NCBI GenBank assembly: GCA_000165425.1
Contig: CT868574.1
Span: 372,001 to 421,209, forward strand
Reading direction: 5' to 3'
DNA length: 49,209 nt
Origin: Paramecium tetraurelia
Lineage: Eukaryota
Under the pieces are notes generated by a model. That model saw only the letters and a program-made list of their open reading frames with translations, ran no database searches and was not told where the DNA came from. Shown piece by piece: positions 27,201-40,297 of the stretch; within the stretch, counting starts at the first letter, position 1, and each line of letters begins with the position of its first letter. A program made the position numbers and the translations under genes.

Positions 27201-30200
27201 CGATTTTAGCAGAGAGAGATTCAAAAAGTATGAAAAATCTATACTAGTTTTTTGGTCTTAGCTGTGCTGAAAATAGTGACAAAACCAAGTACAAGAAAAA
27301 TGTAAAGAAATGTTATGAAAAACAGATTGTATATGGAGATGTATCCTAATTTTAATTTGATTATCTTAGACATCATCACAGTCAATTGAATACAATGGGT
27401 GACAGAAATTTAGAAATTGCAATTGTTGATGAAGTGGATAGTATGCTTATTGATGAGAGCTCAAAGTTTGCTAGATTATCCAGTACTGTTACTGGTATTG
27501 AGCACTTTTAATCAATTTATATTCTTATTTGGTAAAGAATTAAATAGCTTGAGGAGTAAATATATATCCTACAATCCAACTATTATTCCTAAAATGGAAA
27601 TATTGTGAAAAAGAAAGAAGGTGAAAATCTTCATTTTTTGGATTCAGAATCTATTGATAATTTTGAGTAATTAAAGCAGTTGAGAGAAATAGAAACAATA
27701 GAGAATTTTGATGATTTTATGAAAGACCATTTAAAAATTTATATCAATGCAATATTGGAAAAAGAAGACTTTATAATTCTGCCTAAGTATTTTAGATAAT
27801 ATCTTGATCTTTAATTACCTAATTGGATAGATAGTGCCTTGTAGGCAATTAAATTAGAAGAGAATGTCCATTATGTCATTATCAATGGGAAAATAAAACC
27901 TGTTGATTTTTTAAATACAGGAATAATTTAAAATTCTTCTTTTTGGGGAAATGGATTACATTAGTTCCTGTAAATCAAGCATAATCTGAAAATCACACCT
28001 GAATCCTTCCTAACAAATTTCTTATCTAATGTTGGATATTTTAAAAAATATGAAAAGAGAGTTTTTGGCTTAACTGGCACTTTAGGTTCTCAAAAAACTA
28101 AAGAAATGTTGAAATAAGTTTATGGTCTGACTTCAGTTATTATTCCTTAAAACAAGTATAAGCTATTTAAAGAACTACCTTTAATTGTTGTTGATAATGA
28201 TGAAAAATGGCTGAAGAAGATCATTGCATCAGCAAATAAAGAATGCAATAATAAAAGAGGTGTTCTCATTATATGTGAGACAATTTTAGATGCGAGGAAA
28301 ATTCATGAACAGTTATTGTCTTAGAAGTATTCAAGAAATATGATCAAGCTTTATGATATGAATAATAAATGTTTGGAAAATGAAATTGATGTCATTAAAT
28401 CTGAACAAATATTTGTTGCTACCAATCTTGCAGGCAGAGGCACTGATATCAATTCAGAGGATATTGAATAGTATGGAGGATTGCATGTGATATTAACATT
28501 CATGCCGGCTAATCAAAGAGTAGAAGAATAAGCATTTGGAAGAACTGCTAGATTAGGCAATAAAGGAACTGGATAAATGATATTAAATAAATTAAGCCTC
28601 AGGCATTTAATTTAGAATGTAGAGGATTATTCACAAATGAAAATCAAGAGAGAGGAAGTAGAAGATGAAAGGTTGTAGAAATATGTGGACTAAAATTTGA
28701 AGGAAATCGAGTTAAAAGAGAAGCTGTTTGAAGACTTTTGTAATCTCTTGAGTGATCAAACAAAAAAAATCAATTCTTTACCAAAATTAACTCAGCATTA
28801 TACAATTTTAAGTATAGAAGAAAAATGGGCTATTTTTCTACTGCAGAACAAAGATATGAAAGATGATATTGTTGCAAACTTTGAAAAATTTAAAAATGAG
28901 GTGGATAAATTATGTGAAACGTAGTAAATCATATGCAATCCTTATTATAAAATAGATATTTTATAGAATTAAAAAAAAAAGAAGTTGCAAGATAAATTGG
29001 ATGCTTTAAATGAAATCATTAAAGTTGACGGCAAATCATTTGCTTCTGTGTATTAAGAAATTGGCTTACTCTATCTTTAGTAGGAAAATTAAGATAAAAA
29101 TAAAGCACTAAATTATTTGTAAGAGGCAGTTGAGTTATTGAGCAAGGAAGTTGCTTAATGGTAGAGTTTGTATGTAACTTTATCAAAGTATTTGAAGAAT
29201 TTTTAAGGGAGCGATTTGTAAAAACAAATTTATCAAAAGCTACAAATAATAGAAATTTGTGCTAATAGTATTGTAGAGAATAAGAAAGTAATATAGAAAT
29301 CTTAGAGATTAATAGATATTGTTTTGTAATAAGATATTAAACAGGAAAACATCTAATCCAAAACAATTAATCTTGGTTTAGAAAAATAGAATGCAATTTA
29401 ATTGTGCCGTAATTAAAATGATACCAAGTATAATTTGATATTCAATGATCTCTGTTATTACCAAGACTATATTGATTAAGATTCTGTCATAAAAACTATT
29501 GAATAGATTTATGAGAACAATAAGCCAATTGATAAAGAAATCACGATATAATTAAATGAAATTATGGCATCCAAACTCAATTTATACTTCTATTAGAAAG
29601 CTCTCGAATAGGGCTGTTTCTTCGATAAATAAACTGCTTTGAAAAAATTAAAAAACAATGAAAGGGATACTGTAACTAATTCTTCAATACTTTTAAAAAC
29701 CTCTTAAAATAAATTTGAATCATTAGCCATCCAAGAAGCTATTGAAAAAGTCAATACGGTTAATGAAACTTATATTGATATGATAATCATAAACAAACAG
29801 TCAGCATAATGGTAAATTGAATTACTAAAAAATATGTAGATAGACATTGAGTTTATCAATTTGGATAAAAGAAATGTTGAATAAGATTTGTAAATTATTA
29901 AATCTGATTCAATTGATCTTGTAATTACAAGTGACATTGAAGATATTAACAAGTTACTAGATTTAGATTTTGTTTAGAGAATAAAGCATTTGAAGAAATA
30001 GCTACACATCTCATATACAAAGGAGAAAGCTAAATAATCATTATTTAATATCAGCCAGAATAAATGTACTCAAACTATCTCCATTTCAAAAATCACAGAA
30101 GAATAGGTTAAGGAAGTACTGAATAAATGTAAAGAAAAAGCAAGATTCAATCTATAATTAAATTCGATATAAGGGGTTTGTTGGATAGAAGAGAATCTCT

Positions 30201-32203
30201 TTATTAATGTAAGATTTAGACTTAAAGATCATAAATGGATTAAAGATTTAATAAGGTGGTTAAGGTAAATCTAATTAGAATTTTAATTGATCTTTAATAA
30301 TCTGGATTATAATTAAACAAAAGAATATATTTAAAAGGCAGACATTCAATAATAGGATGTTTAAGTAGTCAATAGGAAAAAATTAAAGGAATTTCTTTAG
30401 TCATAAGGACAAACTGAGTAACAAGAATATTAGAATTTTAAAGCAAGAGGATTTAAAGAAATCATTACATTGAATGAAATTAAGTTCTTTCCCTTCTATA
30501 ACATACTAATTCTTGGTACATTAGCCTTTTCCTAATTGATAGTTGGAGGTGTCTTAGTTTCCACAGGACTGGGAAGTATTCTTGGCAAGATGATTCTCTA
30601 AGAAGGTATTTCAGATGTCATAAGCCTTATAACATCTTGCTATAGGAGAGAATTTTCATGGTCCGATTATTGTTATTAAAAGTCTGCCAGTGTATTATGT
30701 ACTGTCCTCACGTTTGGATTGAATGCAATCAAAGATACAAGTAAAACAAGATAGTTCGTTGAAAGTTTTGGAAAATACAGAAGCGTCAAATTAAGTTCTA
30801 TTGTTCAACAAACATGGATATTGTCCTTTTAATCAATTGTCATCAAAGGGAGTAATCTGATCCTCACCAACATTATTTCAAAAGCACTTATAGATTGTAA
30901 GCTTAAGCTATCGTAATATCTGTAAAAAATTATTTAGGAAAAGTTCTCTGAAAAGGATACAATTAAACTTTTGAGGAAAATTGAAGTATTATATTAAATC
31001 AAGAATGAAAATTTCACTGAGAATATCCTAAAATATGGCATTGAACTAATAACAAAAATTGGATTTATAAATTAGTTCATTATTTTACTCCAAAAACTCA
31101 TAATCAATTCTACAATATCTGTAAATTTCGAGTTTGAAAGCTGGATTTTAAATTGTTGTGATAAACTTCTTAAAGTTGCAACCATAGTTTTAACCTAAAA
31201 TTTATCAATTGATTTATTACATTCTTAATTTATAAAGTAGTTGATTAGTTATGCTAATAAAGAATATAATCTCTAAATTGTATATAAATAATGGAGTAGT
31301 AACAAAAATGTAACTTAAGTTACAGAAATTGAAACTATAACAAAGGTAAATGAATTTTTAGGCACACAGGCTGAAATTTATAATGAAATTGAGTAAAAAA
31401 CATATTATAAACTTAATGAATAACTCAGACTTGAATTAATTTAAAATTAAACCTCTTAATAATTATTAGATTTCTTTAGCGATTTAACTGAACGTGAGAC
31501 AAAACTTGAAGATGAATCCTATTTAAAAATCATTTCAGAATTAAGCTAATAATTAACTAAAAATGTATCAAGTTTGGTAGAATAATAAATTCTTTTACCT
31601 TGGATTAGTTCTGCCACATATCAATTTTCAGAGAGTTTAATTTCAAATTTTTCTAATCACAATATAAAAGAAGAAAATTATGAAAATATGTAACATAATT
31701 AAAGTGACCATAAAGAAATTGTAGAAAAAATAGAGAAGCTAATACAAAAAATAGAAAGCGAAGCCATTCCATAATAAACATCAAATCATGAACTTAATCA
31801 AAATCCTGAGATGGGAAATTAATAACACCAAGTCCTTAGGCGTCCTTTTTAAGCTCGAGATTCAGGAAGCCCGTTTATTCCCATTGATAATGAATAGCAA
31901 ATGTTGATTGAACAATAAAAGATTTTAGAACAATAAAAGATGTTAGAACAATAAAAGATGTTAGAACATCAAAAGATGTTAGAACAACAAAAGATCATTG
32001 AGCAACAAAAGATGATTGAAATCGGACTTCTCTAATATTTGCAGCATGAAAGGGGAGATGCTGAATAAAAAGAGGATGACGATTCATTTTATAAAAAAAC
32101 TTGGTTTATTTCTATTGCTTTAGCAGCAATCCCATTTACGTTATTACTTTGTATTGCAAAAACTGCTTACAAAAGCAATAACAACCCAGAATTATCTAAT
32201 TGA
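21257..32203 (+). CDS. Giant (3648 aa) SecA DEAD-like ATPase with helical repeats and C-terminal membrane segments
   Basis: 10,947 nt in one frame with no intron seen (frame spot-checked; agrees with ORF-track fragments at 23807, 25445 and 28697). SecA motifs QVKTGDGKS, TSSPILAERD, IVYG, AIVDEVDSMLID, PVDFLNTG, GLHQFLQIKH, GLTGT, VATNLAGRGTDI, GGLHVI and RVEEQAFGRTARLGNKG lie at about 26950-28590. Confidence 0.88.
31910..32017 (+). repeat. Coding tandem repeat, 6 x 18 bp (EQQKML)
   Basis: GAACAATAAAAGATGTTA-like units. TAA and CAA alternate at the same codon position, which independently supports TAA=Gln. Confidence 0.9.
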
Positions 32204-32496
32204 TTTTTTACTTTAGATTAAAATATAAAGTACATTCTTTAATCTTAGTTATTCTATTATTATCATATTATAAATTAATCCGAAATTAAGCATTAAAATG
32301 ACTACATTCATAATTAATAAATGCTTATAAATTGTAATCTACTTTTCAACTATTTTAAAATATAAAAATTAATTAATCACTATAATTACTTATACTTAAA
32401 CAAATCATAGGTTTTACACACTATTATAATTGATACTAGTTACTAATCACTTATCATTAATTTAACATAGTTTTAATGCAATTAAAATGATTATAA

Positions 32497-32890
32497 CAAT
32501 ATATTATTTCGTTTGATTAATTAAAAATGGGCTCGAGTTCCGGAATAGGACTCTCCCCCACAACCAATTATATTGGTTTAAACTTGGATTTATACTTAGC
32601 CAAAGGGCCGAGGATTACTTTCGTAATAATTATTTTGTTTTCTTATATTTCTTTATATATTATTATATTCATTTTAGATTTATGGGATTATAATTTTGAA
32701 GTTTAAGCATAAACCCATAATATCTAAATATCTATTCATATATATATACATTTAATTTAAATTGATTCTCGCACTTAAAAAATTAAGTGCTAACTTTATC
32801 CAAGTTTAAACCAATATAATTGGCTGTGGGAGAGAGTCCTATTCCGGAACTCGAACCCATTTTTAATTAATCAAACGAAATAATATATTG
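32497..32890. repeat. 93-bp inverted repeat with 208-bp spacer
   Basis: 32497-32589 is the reverse complement of 32798-32890 with 3 mismatches, all transitions. Confidence 0.95.
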
Positions 32891-33420
32891 ATGCTTATTA
32901 ATTATATTCTTTGATAATCCTTAAAAGGGTTATTTTAAGACAAGGATCTAAAAGGTAGAGTTATTAATTCTTATTTAATAAACTTTATTATTCATCAAAT
33001 ATAATTCTTCTTTCGAATTTAGGAACTTATTAATTAATCTATTGAATTTGATTAGATTAAGTTTCATGATTAAATAAATAAATGATTATATTCAAGTTTT
33101 AAGGATTAAAGTTATTCATTAATATAAAATCACGAATTTATTTTTGATATAAAGAACTTACGAAAAATACTTGATACCTTTAATTGTGAATCTATATCAA
33201 TATAAAGATTTTTAGAATAAAAATCATTCGTAATAACTAAATGATATTTCTAAACATAAATATTTTGGTAATGAAAACAAAAATCTATTTAAATTCTAAA
33301 TCAATTTCATCAAAGGGAGAGGCTGTCGAAAATTAAAGGAAATGATTATAATATTCACAATGATAGCACAATAATTTTGTTTTTAATATTAATCAATGTA
33401 TTTTATAATAAAATTAATTT

Positions 33421-34512
33421 ATGGAGTCTTAAGATAAAAAACATCAGAAAAGACATGATTCCAGTGACAAATAAAAGGAGTTAAAGAAAATTTAGAAGCT
33501 TCAACAAAAAGGATAGGCTTTATTAAGAGAAGAAAAGCCACAGAGTAAGAAAGAAAAAAAGAGCAAGAAAGACAAGAGTATAATTAACAGAGAGAAAGTG
33601 ATAAAAGCATTTAAATCATTCATTAAGATCTTCTAAGATGACTTGGAGGAATTCTTTGATCTATTTTCTTAATTGGATGACGGGTGTGTAATTGAAACAG
33701 GAGGGATTGAAAATCAGAGTGTAAAGGAGAAACTTGATAAATTAATGGATAAACTTAAACTAAAAAATCAAGGGGATGACAAAGCCCCTATATTCAAGAA
33801 GGTCAATAAAAACATCAAATTGGAACACTATGTAAGAGGGTTATATGATGAAGTAGTGAAAGGAATAAAGTATTAAGAACCAGAATCAAGCAATTCAAAT
33901 ATTAGCAAAAGTGAATCACCAGAGAAAGTGAAAGAAGTGACTAAGAATGTTAAAGAGTAGGAGCCTTAAAAGTAATAGCCTTAGAGACTAGAAGAAAATT
34001 CAGAGATGGACTTATTTTTGGAGGAGAATTTTGCATAGGGTGGCGAGAGAAAGTTAACGAGTTATTTGAATGAAAGAAAGAAAGTTTAAACATAACCCAT
34101 TTAATAATAATAATAGCAATAATAACAAAAGAATGGTAATTCTTATATAATAATAATTAGATAGTATATATTTAGGAGAATTACCATAAAAGCCTAAAAA
34201 TCCTGAGGAAATAAAGTAGTTTATGATATGGTATGACTAAGAATTTAGACCAAAGAGTTTAGCAGAGGAACATAGGGAGAAATTGGAGAGGGAACGACTT
34301 GAAAAACTAAAAGCAGGCGGTGTATAACCAAATTAAAGAGGTAGAAGCTTATTAATAGATTAGGAGAGAAAAATTAACGTAAGGAGTTTAATAGAGATAC
34401 AGACATGAATATGAATACATAGACAAGTTCAGAAGTGTTGGCAAGAATTAGATAATCCGGATCGCTAAATTAAAAGTTTTCATCTGGACATTTATAAAAT
34501 TAATTCATATGA
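33421..34512 (+). CDS. Charged protein with GPALPP1/DUF3752-like C-terminus
   Basis: C-terminus RPKSLAEEHREKL...RKEFNRDTDM...SLNQKFSSG resembles the DUF3752 pattern. K/E-rich, with tiny introns. Confidence 0.6.
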
Positions 34513-34527
34513 TTATTATTTAATTAT

Positions 34528-35649
34528 ATGTATTATTTGGCAACTCCTACTACTATTGAGAAATACACATAAAAGAATATCTTCCAAGATCCCATTATCG
34601 AAATTATGAAGAATAAAAGTCCAATGTCTGACAGGGATTTGGTTGGTCCCAAGTTTTCATTAAAGAAACTATCAGAAATGAAGACTTAATCCTGCGAATA
34701 GAGTTAGATCCAGAATGTTGAACCATCAAGATTTGAGAAGTTCTATCAATCGATAAAACCTTCATTGGGATTAATGAAGTTAGAAAATAAGCTAAAATAA
34801 TAAAGAGTCTCAGTTGAACCCAAAAAGAAGAAACCCAATTTGATCTAGCCTGAATTAATTAACAAGTAGGATCTATTATATCAATTGAAGATGATGAAGT
34901 TAAAAAACAGAATTCGTTAAGAATAAAAATCTGATTTAATTGACAATATGAAAAAGGAAGTTAAAATGGTTGTGACTAAAGAAGAAAGAATTCTCAATCA
35001 ATTTCAATAGTTATAATAAAATAGGATAGAGACATCTCTAGTATTGGGTAATCGAACAGGCAGAAGTCTAGATAAAACCTTATACTAGAGATCGAATGAC
35101 TTTCGACAAAAGTACGAGTTGAACTTGGCTTTGAATGATCATCTAATAGCAGATAAGAGGGTATGGTACCGTTAAATAAGAAAAAAGCATAACAGCTATT
35201 ATGAGAATAGAGACCCTTACTCTGTTGATGAAAAACCAAATTATATGGATTCAACCCAAGTAGTTGCAGATATTTATACAAATTACTCTACTCATTATAC
35301 TCCAAAATAGCAATTTACTGAAATCATACAAGTCAATCAAAAACTTAACCAACCTTTATACAGCAAGAAGACTTAGGACGATTTAAAAAAGAAGCTGAAG
35401 GAAATCAATCCAGACTCTCCTTTGCTTTCATTTGATCATAAATTGGATATCTAATTATAAGGAATAAGCAAATTCGACAAAGAATATGAATGTGTGCTCT
35501 AGGATGATGACAATCAATTGTATTAAATAGCAGAGAATTTAGATCATAAAAAATAATAAAGTGAAAATGAGAATGTCATTATTGCAAATTGGAATCTGAA
35601 AAAGAAGGGACAGACCTTTTATCCTAAGATAACTAAATACATAATTTGA
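34528..35649 (+). CDS. Hypothetical protein (373 aa, intronless)
   Basis: ATG to TGA spans 1122 nt in one code-6 frame. Confidence 0.7.
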
Positions 35650-36524
35650 ACATTAACTATAAATAAAGATATTGTTTATGATTATTTATAACTATTTCCT
35701 CAAATGGTGTGTACTAATTATTTTCTAATAAAAATCTTCAAAAATTCAACATAAATAAATTCACATATCTATTTAAGTCTTTCTATTTACTATATGTTTA
35801 TCTTTGATGAGTATTTCATAATCAAAGAGTTGTATCTAGATTTAAATTTAGACATGTAATTCAAAAAATTATAATTAAAATAATCTTCATCATATTCTTC
35901 AGTACTTTATTCTAAATATCCTTCCTTTCTTATTTCAAAAATGTAAGTAATTTAATTAATGGTTCTATATATATTATAATTATACTAATAGATTAAAACT
36001 TTGAGTGTTGAAAGTATTTTTGATTAATTATCAATAATTCATCAAAATTCTTAAATATACAAATAAATCGATGGTTATATATTCACTTATGAATTAATAC
36101 AATGTTTCATTTCAGGCTAGTAATAATATCTTCAATTTAATGATTATAAGTAATTATTTAAAGCTTGTTTAGAGTATTTATAGATGAGAAATATTAATTT
36201 AGACATATGTAATTCAATCTCCTAAAATTAATTTAACTTTGAATTAATATATTAATAATCATTATTGATCTTCAATTTATAATACGACCTTTTAGATATT
36301 TTTTTCTTAAATACTCTCTCTTAGAAAATGTATAGAATTAGGGTTATTTAGATTATATACTTCATCGGAATAAATCCATTTGATTTAATAGGGCTCTTTT
36401 GTTATGTTTTACACTATGAATAAATTGAGTAAAGAGTGCTCTAACTTATCTCTATAGATGTATGTGAATCCCAAATATTGTAATTTTATAATTTCCATTC
36501 AAACTATTTAATATAAAATTATAA

Positions 36525-37421
36525 TCATTTTTAATTCAAAGCACTTTTTGTTCTATGAGTGATTCTTCTTCTTCTATGTCTAAGAGTTAATTATTCTTCT
36601 TCATTTTTGAATTGAGGAGAACTTTGAACTTGTTGCTCTTTGTTTTAAAGTTACTGTGCAGTAGAATCATCAATTTAGAAAGTGTAGTTCCTGATGTGTC
36701 TACTTGTTCTTTTTTCTGGACTCTTAGGATTGGATGATTACTTTCGTTTTTAGATTTAGCTCTGTTTATTCGGTGAGTAGAATATAGGTGTTTGTCCACC
36801 TTAACAAGAGCCGGTAGATTGTATATCATCCTGGGAATGGATAGAATCTTCCAGATATTATTGCTTCTGAGTCTACTCAATAATTCGCTGTTAGAATTTG
36901 GATGGAGTGATGAGATTACAATAATTAATATTGTTTTCCTGGTTCTCTTGTTTGTGATTATGGATTTTAGTGTTGAATAATATGAGTTATTTTTTGAGTG
37001 GTAAAGAGGGATTCACTAGAGATTTCATTGATTTAAGATGATAGAAGGCTTTTTCATATTGCCATTATTTAACTTTGATTAAGTAGGCTATTGTTATTGC
37101 AGCACTCCAATTTAGTCCATTAGAACAACATACCAAAACAGATGAACGCTTGATTTCATTTGAAATGAGCATGGCTATTCTTTCAAATGTTTTAATGATG
37201 TCTGTATGATTGTCATCAACTTTCTAAATTAGTTACATAGAAAATACATGATAGGTGACAAAGTCTGTGTATTATTTGTAATTATGCTATCCCACTACAA
37301 TGATAGTTCTGATGTTTTTTAATTGAAAATATTGAATAGATTCCAGGACGTGAACATTCCCTTGGTACAGCTTATGAAGTTTATCCTCCAAAACACTGAA
37401 GAGAAATGCTGAGTTGTGCAT
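36525..37421 (-). CDS. Dual-specificity phosphatase-like protein, probably catalytically dead
   Basis: KLYQGN, NIRTIIVV, VLVCCSNGLNWSAAITIAYLI, YEKAFYHLKSMKSLVNPS. The signature CxxGxxR has Trp in place of Arg. Disordered tail. Confidence 0.8.
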
Positions 37422-37461
37422 TTACTATGGTGTAATTAATTATATTTTTTGGATATTTAAA

Positions 37462-38758
37462 ATGTAAATAATACGTAATAGGTTCATGGTGAATCACATT
37501 CCAAGATTCGGATTTAAATACATGAGTGACAGCACCTTTCTCAATGAAGAGCATCTCTAAATATAGAAGGCAGCATTAGACTTTGCAAAAGAGAAGATGT
37601 TGCCATATTCAGCTGAATGGGATAAGAAACATCATTTTCCTAAGGATGTCTTACGTGAGTTAGCAGCAATGGGATTCTCAACAATATATGTAAAATAGGA
37701 ATCAGGTAAAGTGTTAGAAAATGATGATAAGGTGGTGTTGGTTTGGATCGATTAACAGCAAGTGTAATCTTTGAGGCTCTATCATATGGAGATGTAACAA
37801 CAACAGCATATTTAACAATTCAAAACATGTGTGCATACATGGTGGATTAATTTGGTAATGAAGAATAGAAAAAGACATGGATTCCTCGTTTTGGTACATT
37901 TGATGCATTTGCCTCATACTGTTTAACTGAACCCAATAGTGGCAGTGATAGCAAGAACATGAAGACATTTGCAAAGAAAGTATAATTGATATCGAAATAT
38001 AGGATGGAAATGATTATGTAATTAATGGATCTAAATGTTTTATTTCTGGAGGTTCTGTAAGTGATGTCTATTTGGTAATGTGTAAAACATCAGAGAAAGA
38101 TGTATCATGCATCTTGGTTGAAAAAGGAACTCCAGGATTGTCATTTGGTAAACTCGAAGACAAAATGGGATGGAATGCTTCACCTACAGCCATGGTACTT
38201 TTTGATAATGTACGTGTTCCTCAATCCAATCTTCTTGGAAAAGAAGGTAATGGATTTAAAATGGCAATGAGTGCATTGGATGGAGGCAGAATTAACATAG
38301 CATCTTGTTCTCTTGGAGGTGCATCATTTGCTTTTGATTTAACCAAAGATTATTTGCATGGTATCAAATAATTACTACTAATTGTCAAGATCGTAAATAA
38401 TTTGGATAACCACTCGCTGCATTTTAAGGTTTACAATTTAAATTTGCTGATATGGCCACCAATCTTGTTACTTCTAGATTGATTGTAAGATAGGCTGCTC
38501 AAATGATTGACAACAGTCATCCTGATAAAACCTTGTATTCTGCTATGGCAAAGAGATATGCTACTGACAGTTGTTTCAATTTGGCCAATGAAGCCTTGCA
38601 ACTCCATGGAGGTTACGGATATTTGAGAGAATATCAAGTTGAAAGGTGAGGATTTGTATTATATCAATAGAATTGTTAGAGATCTAAGAGTGCATCAAAT
38701 ACTGGAAGGTACCAATGAAATAATGAAAGTGATCATTTCTAGGAATCTGTTAAAATGA
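37462..38758 (+). CDS. ACAD8: Mitochondrial acyl-CoA dehydrogenase (isobutyryl-CoA dehydrogenase/ACAD8-like)
   Basis: [56 protein letters not shown] and [13 protein letters not shown]. Four tiny introns. Confidence 0.9.
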
Positions 38759-38809
38759 TTTAATAATACAAACAATTATTAATTAGTTAATCAAATTAAT
38801 CAAGTTCAA

Positions 38810-40101
38810 TCATTCTTCCAACCAATTCACTCTCCTTCCTTAATCCCAAATTCCATTTTTCATCTTACCATCAGGTAACACGTACTTTCCTCTGCCATGT
38901 TATTTACCATCCTACCAATCACCATCATAATATCTCCCATCTGGCCAAGTATATTTGCCTATCCCTTGCTTTTTGTCATCCACATACTAACCTTGATAAG
39001 ATCTCCCATCTGACCATTGATAGTATCCCATCCCATGCATCTTATTGTCCTTCCATTATCCCTTGTAGATTCTTCCATCTGCCCAATAGTACTCTCCCTT
39101 AATGGATATCATTTAATTTAAATACATAACCATTGATTCTATTGTCAACCCAATCTCCTTCATAATAGCTACCATCTGGCCAAGTGTACTTGCCTTTTCC
39201 TTATTTTTTCCCTTCATAATAATCCCCTTAATAACTGGATTAATCAATCCCTAAATTAAATATTGCTTCAATACATTTCTCCTCGCCTTTCCCATGTTGC
39301 AAATCATTCTTCCAATAGCCTTCATAAATAGCTCCATTATTCTGTTTGTAAATTCCATAACCATTTGCTCTATCATCTGCCCATTCTCCTATATAAGCAT
39401 CCCCATCCACATGATAAAATGATCCTTTCCCACAGGCCTTATTATCGACCCATTCCCCGTCGTATCTAGCACTGTCGGGCCATATTTAGACTCCTCTACC
39501 GTCTCTTTTATTTCCGATCCATTCACCCTCATATGTAGCTCCACTCTTAAATACAAACAAAGGACGCTTTTCACGTGTTTTTTAATTAGTTGAGTTGCTG
39601 ACTATATAGTTAGAGTAACTTGATTACCTCCAAACTCCTGACAATTGAAATATTAAACATTCTTTTTTTTGTCTTTACTTGCTATTGTTACTTAATCGCA
39701 CTGTTATTCTTGATTCCTATCCTCCTCTTTTTAATTCTTCTCCGAAAGGGATTTCTTCACTTCTTAGTAATTCTACCTAGCTTTGTGTCCCTTCCAAATT
39801 TTTTATATTACAACGGCCTTCTGATTCAAATTCTTATCATCCTTTATGTCTTTTTCCTGATCCTCTGCAAACACTGAAAACTTAGTATTCTTCTGTTCGG
39901 TTGGTGCACACTTAATCTATTTAAAATCATTCTAAAGTTGATAATATTCAATACCACATCTAATTGACTATTTTATGATTGTTATGAAACCGAAGACAAT
40001 ACTCTTCTTTAACTATCAGATTTTTTAGTCACTTCGATTTCGTTGATTATCTCCAACCTATCCTTCTAACATTAATTGCAATTCGAACAATTTCCTCCCA
40101 T
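38810..40101 (-). CDS. IQ-motif and MORN-repeat protein
   Basis: Starts MGGNCSNC, has IQKIWKGHKAR and about ten YEGEW...G.G.Y.W.DG repeats. Two tiny introns. Confidence 0.9.
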
Positions 40102-40297
40102 CCTAACTAATTATTTATAATTTTTATAATTAGATCTCTTGGATATCTATCTCAATATTGATTAGTTATAAAAATATAGACGATTCATAATAAATTACAA
40201 TCTTTCAATATATTTCATCAGAATCGCTAACCTTATATCAAACATATAATTAATTGTCATAATATTAAATTTTTGGATTTTGGAATTGCTCAATAAA

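Noticed and set aside
31910..32017. CRISPR-like array
   Set aside because: Head-to-tail 18-bp coding repeat without spacers, in a eukaryote.
32528..32570. tRNA or Pol III gene (GGTTCGAG-like box, ACCA end) in the inverted-repeat arm
   Set aside because: No cloverleaf can be formed and no correctly placed upstream A box is present.
32497..32890. IES or autonomous transposon
   Set aside because: No transposase, no clear TAYAG-type ends and no evident target duplication. Neighbouring genes show no IES interruptions, as expected for macronuclear DNA.
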